A model generated the notes under the pieces. It saw only the letters and a list, made by a program, of their open reading frames with translations. It did not search any database and was not told where the DNA came from. DNA of 64,000 bases from Octopus bimaculoides (Eukaryota): contig NC_068998.1 of assembly GCF_001194135.2 (NCBI RefSeq), forward strand, positions 40,833,716-40,897,715, written 5' to 3'. Positions 14,265 through 27,168 of the stretch are shown one piece after another. The position numbers and the translations under genes were made by a program. Positions within the stretch are counted from its first letter, which is position 1, and each line of letters begins with the position of its first letter.

Positions 14265-14420
14265 TTTAGTGTGGTTGGTGTTAAGAAGGGCATCCAGCTG
14301 TAAAAACTATGCCAAAACAGCCACAGTAGGCTGGTGGAGGCTTCTACTTGGCTGGCTCCTGTCAAACCATCCAACCCATGCCAGCATAGAAGACGGATGT
14401 TAAATGACGATAATGATGTA
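14265..14420 (+). mobile_element. RTE-LINE 3' tail fragment
   Basis: gggcatccagctgtaaaaact...ccatccaacccatgccagcatagaagacggatgttaaatgacgataatgatg. Confidence 0.65.
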
Positions 14421-15505
14421 TGTCTCTGTCTATGTCTAACATAACATGTATTTAGATCAAACACACACATAGAGGCAGAAGTAACCAGCACCTTCAACTG
14501 AATTATCACAAAAACTGCCAGTTTGCTATCCATCACTGACCTCAATCAATTTCCCCCAAATCACTCTTTAGATATGCTATGGTTGGGTCACAACCGAAAC
14601 ATGGTTAATGGAAAAGGTCTGCCAGAACAGAGTTGGCTTGTGGTTAAGCAACACAGACTAATATTCTGAAATGTTTTCTAACCATTAATAAGTTACTGGC
14701 TCACTGGCCAAGGTGTTATCTCCATGTTATATTATGTCAAGGGTAAGCTAACCTCCTTGGAAAGAGTAAGAGAAGAGATATGACTCAACGATGAGTTAAC
14801 ATCTGTATGACAGAACCTGCCTGCTTACAGTAACTTAACATCACTCTGTAGTAATTACACTACAATGAATAACGGGGGTGGTGGTGGTGTAAAGGACCCT
14901 TGAAATGAGAAGTTTTGTTAAGAGGCAGAGCTAGTACTGCAAAATACTATAAACACAGACTGACATGATCTTTATGAAATGCCAAGGAAGGACAAGAAGG
15001 AATGTATAGAAAGGTAATCTGTAGACATTAGCTTACACAACTAATATACACTAAATATTCTTAATAGTCACACTACCTCATTGTTTTATATAGTAAGAGT
15101 GAGGGAGGGAGATTGCAAAAGTAAACAATCTCTCCTTAAACAAGTTCTCACAGGAAAACCAACACAACACTGGAACCTACCAATCTTGCCAGGGTTTAAC
15201 CCCAGGTTGACCTATGACCAAAGGTGTTCTAACTATCACCATATATCCCACCATTGCCAACAGAAGGTTTACTCAGAACAAACATTATCCAACGTCTTTA
15301 TTGCGGATGGCAGGGTGCTATTTCTAGCAGGCTGGGTGACCATGTAAAGGATGGGGGTGGGGACTTCATAGTGTTGGTTTGCTTCCCAATCTGTGAATGT
15401 TTAACTCTGAAGTAATTATTCATTTAACTTTTAATCTGATGAATCCATATAGCAATGTGAAAAGATCCAAAGAGAATATTTACTCTGGGTCTTACAATAG
15501 GTTAA

Positions 15506-15713
15506 CACTTTAGCAGTCAGATTACTGTCAAATGAAATGCTTAACTTTTCACATTGCTTTGAATTAATCACGCATTATCTCATAGCTTTAAGATTTCAAT
15601 GATGTGATTGTTTACCTTACATTGTAGGGTAAATGCAAGAGGCTGGATCTGGCCACTTTGAACATAAAACGGAAAATATTTAGGCCAGATAGGGCTGTTT
15701 AAATGCTAAAGGG
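15506..15713. mobile_element. TTAA piggyBac-like MITE (family 2)
   Basis: TTAA|CACTTTAGCA ... TGCTAAAGGG|TATA; 10-bp TIR with 1 mismatch; same family as 51259-51442. Confidence 0.65.
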
Positions 15714-15749
15714 TATACTTCATTTGTTTAAGACTTCTAACACTATACT

Positions 15750-15825
15750 ATATACAATCCCTAGAACCCTATACCATATAATCCCTAAAACCCTATGTCT
15801 TGTAGTCACTAGAACCCTATACTAA
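15750..15825. repeat. short degenerate tandem repeat, ~24-26-bp unit containing ccctagaaccctata
   Basis: atccctagaaccctatac / atccctaaaaccctatgt / gtcactagaaccctatac. Confidence 0.6.
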
Positions 15826-16321
15826 GATCTCTACCATCCTTCACTACATCTAAGATTCTTTCAGCAAGTAGATTTAAGATCACCATAGCCTGTTAGTTTA
15901 GCATATTTTACCATGTGAGTATGGGTTTGGATGGGAGTTATTTGAAGCAGAATTCCCTGTCAGCAACCCTTAACTGTTTTTTTCAAGCAAAAGATTCCTT
16001 TATTCTACAGGTCTTTGAAAAAGCAACCAGTCATAAGGAATGTCAACATCCCCACTGCCAATTTGATTAAGGTGACAAGTATGGAATACAAATGTTCATG
16101 CACCCCTCCCTCTGCCAACATATATTATACACAAGGTTAACCTGGGGTTAAAGAACAAGATCTAACACACAGGAGGCTAGCTACATGTCTCATAACTGAG
16201 TTTTAGATGTAAACATGCTCAAATAGTCATGTGATTTTCAATAGTTAAAGACAAAAATTAAGTTAATCCATCCATGAACCAGTAGGACAACAGCTTTAAT
16301 GCTGGGTCACAGTAACAATAA

Positions 16322-16753
16322 CCCTTTTGATGCCAACCCACCTTTGTTTCTATGATACAATCTTTCTGTTTAAGATGATCTGAATTAAAACCTACCAAAA
16401 TTTCACGTTAATTTTATATTTTAATAATGGTTTCAAATTTTGGTACAAGGCCAGCAAGTTTGGGAGAAGGACTAAGCTGATTACATAGACCTTAATGCTC
16501 AGCTGGTACTTACTTTACCGACCCCGAAAGGATGAAAGGCAAGATTGACCTTGGTGGGATTTGAACATAGAATGTAAAGACAGATGAAATGCTACTAAGC
16601 ATTTTGCCTGGCGTGCTGACAACCCTGCCAGCTTGCTTCCTTGTTCTAAACACAAACTAAATAATGACAGTTATTTTACCAAATCTTTCACTATTTTCAA
16701 AATTATCTGAAGTAAAGGCAGTGTATTTCAATAGAAATATGGTAACAAAATGG
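16322..16753. mobile_element. TTAA piggyBac-like MITE (family 1) interrupted by a SINE
   Basis: ataa|CCCTTTTGATGCC ... GGTAACAAAATGG|TTAA; halves rejoin across 16419-16642 to match the uninterrupted copy at 1062. Confidence 0.65.
16419..16642 (-). mobile_element. Nin-domain-type SINE (family B) nested in a MITE
   Basis: ccgaaaggatgaaaggcaagattgaccttggtgggatttgaac...ctaagcattttgcctggcgtgctgacaaccctgccagcttgcttcc is the reverse complement of the family B head. Confidence 0.8.
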
Positions 16754-19505
16754 TTAAGTACAGGACAGAAATTTACAACAGAGCCAACTACAAAAGCTAT
16801 ACCATCACCATCCCAAAAGATGAGGAGGTAAGCAAACAGATGACATGATTACAGATGAAACATCTTTGATAAGATATTTGCTCAAACTCAGATGATTGGC
16901 TAGAAACTGCAGCCAAACTTTCTGCAAATTACATCATATTGTCTGGAAAGAATAGTTTGAGATATACCATCTGGATAAAAGAAAAGAAAAGAAACTGCTC
17001 CCTGACTTAGGACTAAACAATAACAACTCAAGTGGGGAAGATTATTTCCTGGACAAAAAAAAAATGTAACAAAACACTTAAAACTGATGTCTAGAACTGA
17101 AGTGTAAATGTGATGAAGATCTAATCTCTAATATTTCTACTGAATATTTGAGAACTCAACTCAACAAAGGAGTCTCTATATGGTTGTCCAACCCAACAGA
17201 AATAGCAGCCAACTTACCTATAAAAGTGATGTTAAATAAGTACACATTAGGTAGTGAACTCCTATGAAGCCACTAAAAGATAAATTACCTTTTCACATGA
17301 TACCAACCTACCTGAGACTAATAATTCTACAACACAAAAGACACTAATTTGTTTGCTGCAAATAAGTTAAAATAAGAGAAAAATATCAAATAAATTGTTT
17401 TCTAATGTCAAAATACACACACACAAACCAACTGACACTTAAAATGCAAAAACCTTCATAGAAATTCAACAGATAAATTTCATAAAGAACCAAGATGAAT
17501 ATTACAGCGCAAATATATTTTTTATTAAACATGAAAATTGTGGCGGAAAAACTAAATTTCAAACCTAACAGTTATCTGGTGACAACTGAAAGTACATATT
17601 GCTGGTGTGAAGCAGTGTCCCAGAGAGCAAAGGTAAGAGTTATTATGACCTACTTTTAAATAGCTTAGCTGGAGCTGATTCACATAATTTCATGTCTTGT
17701 AAAGAAGTTGGAGAGAAGTATAAGCATCTAAAATCCTCAGAGAAATGACATTGTTCACAAATAACCAAGCAGAAAGTAGAAACATAGATATCATTATTTT
17801 TGAGATATCAACAAAGATTTGAGGAGACAGCTGAATAAAGCAATTCTCTATTTCTGAGATGAGGAAGTTTTATATTATGTATCAGTCAGAATGGTGTCGT
17901 CTTGATACTGCCTATAGGCACAACGTAGTGGATAAAGGTGCTAGTTAATGCAGTGCAATCACTTAGAGCTTCTGAGTTCAATCCCAGTGCATGGCACTAA
18001 GGTGAATCACAAAAGTAGTAGGCTGGAGTGTACACAACCAAAATGTAGTGAAAGCAACAACCACGATGAGGACACCACTTGAACTAATACATAATAAGTG
18101 AAAAATGACAGGATCAAATACATTATGGTATTCAGTTCCATAATAAAATTTGGTGTAGAGTCAGCTTTGGTGTGTAATATCACTTGGAGGCTCATTTGTC
18201 TCATCCCTCCAGAGACATTAATATAAATTCTAGCTGTTGTTCTTTAAGCAAGTCATCCTTGATCATGCAAGTCTATGATCTAAGGCATCCTATTTGTAAC
18301 CATCCAGTCTTTCTTTCAAATGTAACATATCCAGGACTATACCATACAATGCATTTTTCTCCTTGGCGTGAATTATGAAGATAATTTGGCTGCTATTCCA
18401 GTTGTTAAGTGACCATGTAGAGCTTCCCATCTATATACTATGTCTGATACAATTAACTGCAAAATCTATTAAGAAATTATTATCATGATTATTTCTAGGA
18501 GCCAGCTGAATTGCTTTCTCTTTCCAGTAACTACCATTTAAAATACTGCATTTATTCATGTATAATGCAAGAAATTTGAAACAAAAATGAAGTGGGATTA
18601 AGCATTATACCTGAATGTATGTGTGTGTATCAGAAAATAGCATATAATACTGATTTTTAGGCATAAATAGTGAAGGAAGCAGAGGCACATTATATTATAC
18701 TTTAGTAAAAAATCTAGTAAATAATATAATTTTAAGATGTTGTGTGTCTCTAGCTCCAGAAATTTGTATAATAACAAGTTGCTATTACTATTACTAAGCA
18801 AATAGTATCTGTACTTATGGTAGCAACCAGAGAATGTCTAGTTTCAAACCTAAAAACTGTTCACCACTTAGATAAATGCCAGTAACATCTAAGATAGACA
18901 CAGTAAACATGTCAGACAACAGAACAATTGAATTACTCCCCTTCATCCCCAGTAGTTAGCAATATCCTATTGTTAATAGGCAACGAAGAGGTTGTTGAGT
19001 CACACAATTGGAATTGACAACAGCATCAATATTAATAGAATAAGGAACTTTATTGTCTTGGACTAATTAATATATTAGGTTCTAATAAAACACCAAGAAA
19101 TTAAATATTAGAATGCATCAAGAAGTAATAGGAATGGTTTGGAGATGTGATAAGCACAATAAAGAGATGCTATGAGCTCAAGGCAGTAGCAGTAGATAAG
19201 AGACAAGAGGTAAATATGACTAACAGTGTTAGTCTTTGGCTAACAATAACTAAGAACAGTGTGGTTGGTTAGTGAAGAGGTGGAGTTACAGATGACTCTC
19301 AAAACTAGGATTCTGAAAAGATATATGAATTAGGCAAACAGTAACATATAACAAGAGATATACAGATCACTTGATACTAGATTGTAAAGAAAGAAAACAT
19401 CAGTTGCTTAGTCCCGGACCACTCCCATGATTAACGTGACTACCATATCTTTTTAGGAGAATGTTGACTACATTACACTATCTGTTGTGTGCTTTCCTTA
19501 TTTAA

Positions 19506-19724
19506 CCCTTTCGTTACCAAGCCGGCTTAAACTGGCTCTGGCTCTGAGTACAAATATCTTGTTTTCATAAGTTTTGAATTAAAATCTTCCACCAAACCTT
19601 AGTCATAATTTATGTTCCTAACACTAGCTGAATGATAACTAAGTTATTTTACTAAATTCTTTGTTATATTTAAAATTAATTGAAAGAAACAGAGCATCTC
19701 AACAGAAATATGGTAACAAAATGG
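19506..19724. mobile_element. TTAA piggyBac-like MITE (family 3)
   Basis: TTAA(19502-19505)|CCCTTTCGTTACC ... GGTAACAAAATGG|TTAA(19725-19728); 13-bp TIR, 11/13 match. Confidence 0.75.
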
Positions 19725-19728
19725 TTAA

Positions 19729-19915
19729 CCCTCTAGTTACCACAGTTCTGTTGAAATAGCTTAAAAAGAACAACAACAACAACTCATTATCAAACTGGTG
19801 CTTGCAACACAAATTAACATGAAGTTTTGATGGAAAATTTTAATGTAAATCACTTTTAAACAGGAGGGTTGTACTGTAGCTCCAAGGGTGGTCTCAGATA
19901 GGCTAAGAGAGAAAG
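19729..19915. mobile_element. second TTAA MITE (family 1, reversed) abutting the previous one
   Basis: Begins CCCTCTAGTTACC immediately after the shared TTAA; body is the reverse complement of 1062-1269; far end decayed. Confidence 0.55.
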
Positions 19916-22299
19916 GTGTGCGGTGACAATGTCGAAACTCACCCATCATCAGATTTATGACCAAATATCTTCCAGTAGATGCCGAAAGAGTTCACATCCT
20001 TCATAAAGCTTGACACCATCAATTATTGTTATAAACAAATAACCAAAAATGTTTTTCTTTTACTTTTATTTATTAAGTCTGATAGATTAAGTGAATGACA
20101 AAGGACAAATTCCACAAGATTTAATATATAAAAAAAGTATGTATGTGCCATTGATGATTTCCTACTTTTACTAACAACACCTGAGAGATATATTTATTCA
20201 TCGTAATATTACAGTAATTGTCACAGTGAAATTTATGTAAAACACACTAAAATCCAATATATTCTGTTGAGTTTTTCCTTTGATTAAACTGGCCAATATT
20301 AATATAAAACAAAAATTTACTTTTGCTTCTCTCTTTTTTAATACTTATATTCAAGATTCAATTAGATTACATCTGGAAGAAAATTGAAAAAAGCATCTCC
20401 ATGAATATCTAGCCAGTGTTTTTCATTTTTTCTTTTCTAAAGAAATAGTTATTGTGTGTCATTTATACTCAGATGAGCAAATTAATTAAAAAAAAAAATT
20501 CCATAGAAAATTGCTTGTGTTACACACATATTGCTTCAGACAGCAAAATAGAGGAGATAAATTATCAAGTCACCATCTCATGGGTTACAAGTTCATATCT
20601 ACTTCAAAGTGGTTCAGCTTTCAGGGCAAGAGCATTTAAATGCAAATTATGAAAGCCAGAATTATTAAACATTAGCTCTTTACAGATTGTATATAAATGG
20701 TTCACATTCAACATGCGCAATGTGTAAAATGGTTCTGCTGCAAATTGAGGTATTTGCATGCATACTGATTAGGGGTGCAGATGTAATTATAGGCAGGGGC
20801 ATAACTATAAGGTTAAGAAGCTTGCTTCCCATCCATGTGGTCTCAGGTTCAGTCTCACTGTGCAGTGCCTCAGACAAGTGTCTTCTATTATAGGCCCAAA
20901 ACCTTGCGAATGAATTTGGCAGATGTCCATAATGTGTATACTACCCTTGTCTTGATATTGTCATGACTGAAATGAGCATCAGCATCATATAGAAATGATG
21001 CTGTCCATTTCTAGTCCTCCAATGAAAAACTTATTTGGCTATGGGAAAATATTACCTTGTTTGGAAACAGGAGAGAGTTGGTGACAGGAAGGGCACCCAG
21101 TTGCAGAAACTCTGCCTTAGATGAATTCTGTTGGACTCATGCAAACATGGAAAAGTGGAAGTTACAATTACTACTGCTACTAATTTATAGAGCAAAATGA
21201 TAGAATGAAACAAAAAAAAAGTGACTGTTTAAAGAGGAAGACAAAAAAAGGCAAGAAAATCTAGCCATCTGCCTCTCACCTGTTCTTACCCCACCAGCAC
21301 AGAAATAATAGGACTAAATACTTATAGAGCCTATAAGCTTCAAACTCTGATGACACAGATTCTGATTAGAAAAGACTAACAGGCAAAGATACAATATTTA
21401 TGTGAACACTTATGAATATTATTAGAGTAATCCGGATTATAAAGGTACAAGTTATTAGAGATAAATACAAATCATATCATAAAGTAATAATACATGATTA
21501 CACACACACATACATACATACACACACACAAAGGAGTTTATAAAAGTAGACATTTTTGAACCATTTTCACAAACATTTGTAATAAACAGTCAGGTTGAAG
21601 AAAATCTAAATTACTTTAAAATATTATCCTCAGAAGCAAATACAATTAATTAACTAGGTTTAATTCATGTCCCTTTTTGTCAAAAAAAAAAAAAAAAGTA
21701 AAGCTAGGCCATTTGATAAAATACATACCAAAGTAAATTAAGTAAAGGGGTTACAATGAATGAAATCTGAAAGAATAATAAAATGAAGTCACCTTGAGGG
21801 GGTGCTTTGTGTTTCTGAACAAGTACTTCTCTATTTTTGAGGAAAACTCATCATCATGTATCATCTTAACATTTACAGAAACCAGAAGCATCTACTGGCT
21901 CCATGAACCATTATTGGGCACCCAAAAGCCTTAAAAGGTATTGAAATCTTGTGTCATGAAAAGTACTTCATGTGGTTCTTTGCAGATGTATTTTTTAGAA
22001 TGGCCTTCTTTATTACGGATTCTAGAAATGAAGCTAGGAATCTACTTTTATCTTTTACTCGCTTCAGTCATTGAACTATAGTCATGCTAGAACACTACTT
22101 TGAAGAATTTAATCAAAGAAATTGACAACGACGTTGGTGTGTTTACATCCCTGTAATGTAGTGGTGTGGCTAAACAGACTGACTGATTAAGTTCTATGCT
22201 TACAAAAAATAAGTCCTGGGGTTGATTTGTTTGACTAAAGGCGGTGCTCCAGCATGACTGCAGTCAAATGACTGAAACAAGTAAAAGAATATAATGTGC

Positions 22300-22302
<3 letters not shown>

Positions 22303-22365
<63 letters not shown>
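22303..22365. repeat. compound (TG)n(TA)n microsatellite
   Basis: Direct reading. Confidence 0.95.
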
Positions 22366-22366
<1 letters not shown>

Positions 22367-22369
<3 letters not shown>

Positions 22370-22471
22370 TTGGAGCCTGGTGTAGCCATCCGGTTGCACC
22401 AGTCCTCAGTCAAATCGTCCAACCCATGCTAGCATGGAAAGCGGACGTTAAACGATGATGATGATGATGAT
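22367..22471 (+). mobile_element. young, severely 5'-truncated RTE-type insertion ending in (GAT)n
   Basis: agattggagcctggtgtagcc...catgctagcatggaaagcggacgttaaacgatgatgatg; near-identical to the reverse complement of 48672-48770; TA repeats on both sides. Confidence 0.85.
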
Positions 22472-23643
22472 ATATATACAAACACATACATATACATGTC
22501 ACAAAAGCCTCAGATTTATAAAGCCAGCAGAGAGCGAAGTGAAAGTTGTTTACAGTTTTGACTTTTACATTAGACACAAGACAGCAATACCAACAGAATA
22601 TAAAATTATATACTTTGAAGCACAAATGATGATTAAAACCATGACTGATCAAAATTCATATCAGTGGTACTATCAAGGAGGAATTAAAACAACTAATTAA
22701 CTTGATTTGCTTCTGTAATCCATCTGCATAAACACTACATAAAAAGTGGTATGAAGCAACTCAACTAAAAATCTGTAAAAACAACACTATTTATAGAACT
22801 TTAGGCTGTACTGTGAGATTTTATATTACTGGAATTCAAATATCCATACATGATAAAATATTATTTCTGTGTAGGGTTTGAACAGTACTGGTCAACTCTA
22901 TAACTCATCCTACTATAATCTCAACAGAACCCATGCCTATAAGAAGACCCAACAACAACCAAATATGCCCATGATAGAACTGGTCAAATCTAACTTCTCC
23001 TACAACAGCCAGTATGCTCACAGAGACAAACAGCACCATTCAGTAAACAAGGTTTAGTTACTGCTATTGTGTAGAACCTGATCAGCCCTCAACAGACTGT
23101 TGTGTCACAGGCGTTCTAGATTCTTTCAGACATAATCTAATACCGTTATTCTTCCATTTTAATATAGTAAGGATGTGATTTAAGGGAGACTAGGTGGTTA
23201 TTTGCAGTAGGTCAGGTGCCCTCCCCACTGCTACCATCACATTGAGAATCACTAGTTAATTTGTCATTATCATAAATACAATAAGTAGTGAATTAACATA
23301 GTGCTGGATTAGGTGCCTACATACTATTTAGTTGCATTCCTTTTTATCCCTATCAAGTTTATAAGCTAAACACCGGTCATGTAGTTGTGCCAGTTAGAAA
23401 TTATTACCATTGTTGCCATTTTAAGGATGATAATAAAGCAAGTTCTGACATCCACACCTTCCTGAGGGAATTAGTATTACAAGCAAAGAAGTTTTGGGGA
23501 TCTGGTTAAAAATACTTTAAAAGATTAGTAAACATGACCCAAGGTAACTGCTTTCTCCTATCTCTAAAAAAAGGTAGTTTAAGAAGTATGACACAAGTCT
23601 GGAGGAAATGTGCAACAAGATCTTACAACAAAGACTGTGTATG

Positions 23644-23645
<2 letters not shown>

Positions 23646-23688
<43 letters not shown>
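23646..23688. repeat. (AG)n microsatellite
   Basis: Direct reading. Confidence 0.95.
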
Positions 23689-23692
<4 letters not shown>

Positions 23693-24404
23693 TAATGGAT
23701 TATGTGTCTGTGTGCATGTGCAAATGGACTGTAAACTAGACACAAACAATGACAACATATGGGCTCTTGAAGCTACTAACAACAAAATTGTTGGAATTAA
23801 ATATTTCAATGTCATTAAATTGGGGCCTAGTAAATAAGGGTGTCAGTGTTGTTAGTTAACTCCATATGAACCTTGATTGAGCAGACCTACGAACAAAGCA
23901 ATCCAACTAAGACCATCTCAGTGATTTTTTTTTCAATTGTATGTACTCCAGGTTACATTATCTAAAATGTCCTTCATTTAGTATGGTAGTATGCAGCCCG
24001 AGTGAGATTTGGTTGCTTTTTCTAGCAGACTGAGATGCATGAAGGCCATTGTGGATAGATATTCTATACAGGCATTGAAATAACACACGCACACACACAA
24101 ATATGATTATGATAATCATGAAGTAGGACTAAAAATATTTATGTTGTTAATAAGATGATCTGAGAAAAATGTGTAATGTTACTTTCAGTCCCATCTGAGT
24201 CACTTTGGGCCAGTATCTTCTACAGTAACCACCAGCTGACCAATGCCTTGTGAGAGGATTTGGTAGGTGAAAACTGCACAGAAGCCCACTGTGTGACTGT
24301 GTATTGTTTTGCCCCACCGTTTGACAAAGAGACTGACAGAATAAGTACCAAGGTTGATTTGTTTGACTGAACCCTTTCAAGGTGGTGCTCCAGCATGGAG
24401 AGGG

Positions 24405-24590
24405 GTAAGTCAATCACATCGACCTCAGTACTTGACTGGTACTTGATTTATTGACCCTGAAAGAATGAAAAGTAAAGTCGACCTTGGCGGAATTTGAACT
24501 CAGAACTTAAAGACAGACAAAATGCCACTAAGCATTTTGCTCAGCTTACTAACGATTCTGCCAGCTCGTCACCTTTTTAATAATAATAGC
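24405..24590 (-). mobile_element. Nin-domain-type SINE (family B)
   Basis: ctggtacttgatttattgaccctgaaagaatgaaaagtaaagtcgaccttggcggaatttgaactcagaac...gattctgccagctcgtcacc. Confidence 0.85.
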
Positions 24591-26053
24591 TGTAGCTTTG
24601 TTGTATTTGATCCTGTAAATCAAATGGATAATAGTTTTAGTGTCAAAGGTGATATAATAGAAGTGTAAATATGAGGGTCAGGTTAAATAAGGAGAGAAGA
24701 AACAACAGCCACTCTCTCAAACAATAAACACAACTACACCTTCATGACAAGTCTGTGTGCAGATGCATATTTATTTTCAGCTGTGTGTGTGAATGCCTTT
24801 CTCGGTTGCAATTTGTTTGGATTTTTAACACCTAAAATAGGGTCAGGACTCATAAAAAGAAAACTATATGGCTTTTCTGATGCTCTAACAGCCAATCCTA
24901 TCGTTTCTTCATTTGACAAGTGGATGATTAATTCTCTGAACAAAACAGTTCATAATGCAAACCCCACAGCCTGGCCTAGTGTGAGAAACCATTTCGCACC
25001 AACATAATAAATAATTGAACAAAGTAAATAAAAACAAAAATGTTAGATGGTAGAATACATATTTTTTTACATTAAGTAAATAGAGAAAGTGAATAATTTA
25101 ATTTAATCTAGTGTTCAAATACTGTCTAGGTCAAGCTTGCTTTTCAAGCTCAACATAATTTGATCTATAAGTGGAGGCATGGCAGCATGTTTAAGAAGCT
25201 TGCTTTGCAACCATGTGGTTTCAGGTTCAATCCTACTGTGCAGGACCTTGGGCAAGTGCCTTCCACTATATACCTAACTCAATTAATGCTTTGTGAGTGA
25301 ATTTGGTACACAAAAACTGTGGAAGTGTGTTTGTGTTTGTGTACCTGCATACTTTTTGTTTGTGTTGACCTCACCACCATTAGCAGTTCCACAAAAGAAA
25401 CGGATAGAGTATGTATCAGACGCAAAAAAACACAAAGAGGACTTGGATTGATTTGTTCAACTAAACCATGAAGGTGGTGCCTTTTTCAGTAAAGGCCTTA
25501 AAGTGTCTGTCAGTGGCAAACTATTCAAGAAAACCATGAGAATGTTCAGCATCACCCTTTCTCTCTCCACATGGAGTGCCAATGTCATAAAAACTGTATA
25601 TTCCACAAAAGGAATATTATTAAATTAAAATTGCTACCAACGGAAATATTACTTTAACTATCACATGCCATGCCTCTCACAGCTGTTGGGTTATATGTGT
25701 GTGTGTGTAAATGTGTCTCTCTCTATATAATCTAAGTGTGATAAAATATATCAATAATATATTTTACATAGTGCAAACATTAGCTGGTATAGAACTAAAT
25801 TCACTGGGTCATATACTCGTGTGTGTGTGTTTACACCAAGGTGAGATAGGAGCAATCATTGATTACATGAGCAGGTGTCTCTGTGCATATAAAATATATT
25901 GAGTATATTCTATTTGAGGAAGTAAAAACCGAATATTTCTTTTTCTCATGTTAATTTCTATACAAAAACAAAACCTAGGAACAAATCAGTTCAATAAAAG
26001 CTCTTAATATATTCCAGTTATGGCCATCCTGTTCATCTCTTGGATCCCTTTAA

Positions 26054-26221
26054 CCTTTTTGATACCAACTCGCTCAAGACTGACCATGCTTCCATGATAC
26101 AAATTTCCTGTTTAAAAGCAATCTAAATTATAATCTTCCATCAAAATCCCATAGTTTAATAGTGATAGAGTTATTTTACTAACGGCAGTGTATTTCAAGA
26201 GAAATAAGGTAACAAAAGGAT
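26054..26221. mobile_element. TTAA piggyBac-like MITE (family 1, internally deleted)
   Basis: TTAA|CCTTTTTGATACC ... GGTAACAAAAGGAT|TTAA. Confidence 0.6.
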
Positions 26222-27168
26222 TTAAGAGGAGAGGGTATGCGAGATCTGGTTATCCTATGCTTGTGAGTTGAAATCGAATGCAACCAGCTTCTCTACTTTT
26301 CAGACAGTCAAAATCAGTGAAATACATTCCTTCTCATAACATAACCAATTCAATTCACAAATACACCCACCACATACTCAAGTGCCTTGTACTGTAAATA
26401 AAGACTTCCTGTGAAATTAAATTGAGGTATTGATAGATCTAAATGCACTCAAAACACACACATTGAGCCACCAAGAGAATCTGTTATGGCTAGACTGGAC
26501 AATGTATTACTTAGTGTACATACACAAACAAAATAAATAAAATAGACAGGATGGCCACGAATGAAATACCATTGATCACATGCCTGCCAACTCGATCAAC
26601 ACTTACCTGGGGCTAAACAATAATTTTATAAGGCAAGGCTGTGTGGTAAGAGGTTCGCTTCCCAACCACATAATTCTGGGTCCAGTCCCATTGTGTGGAA
26701 CCTTGGGAAAGTGTTTTCTACTATAGCTCCAGGCTGAGCAAAGGCTTTGTAGTTTTTTGAGTGGGTTTAGTAGATGGAAACTGTGTTTGTCCCTCATCAC
26801 TTAACAACCAGTGTTAGTTTATGCCCCCGCAACTTAGTGGCTTGACAATACAGGACTTAGAAAATAACGTCCTAACAACATGGTTCTGGGTTCAGTTTCA
26901 ATGCGTGGCACCTTGGGCAATGCTACAGCCTCCAGCTGACCAGTCGATTTAGTACACAGAAGTTGAAAGAAGCCCGACGTATACATATATATAACAGGTA
27001 CATGTATGCATGTATTTATGTATTGTGTGTCTTTGGGTCTGTGTTTGTCCCCTACCACCAATGACAACCAGTGTTGACGTATTTACACCCCCAGAACAGC
27101 GGTTCGTCAAAGAGACTGATAGAATAAGTGCTACACTTAAAAAGAAGTACTGGAGTTGATTTGACATA

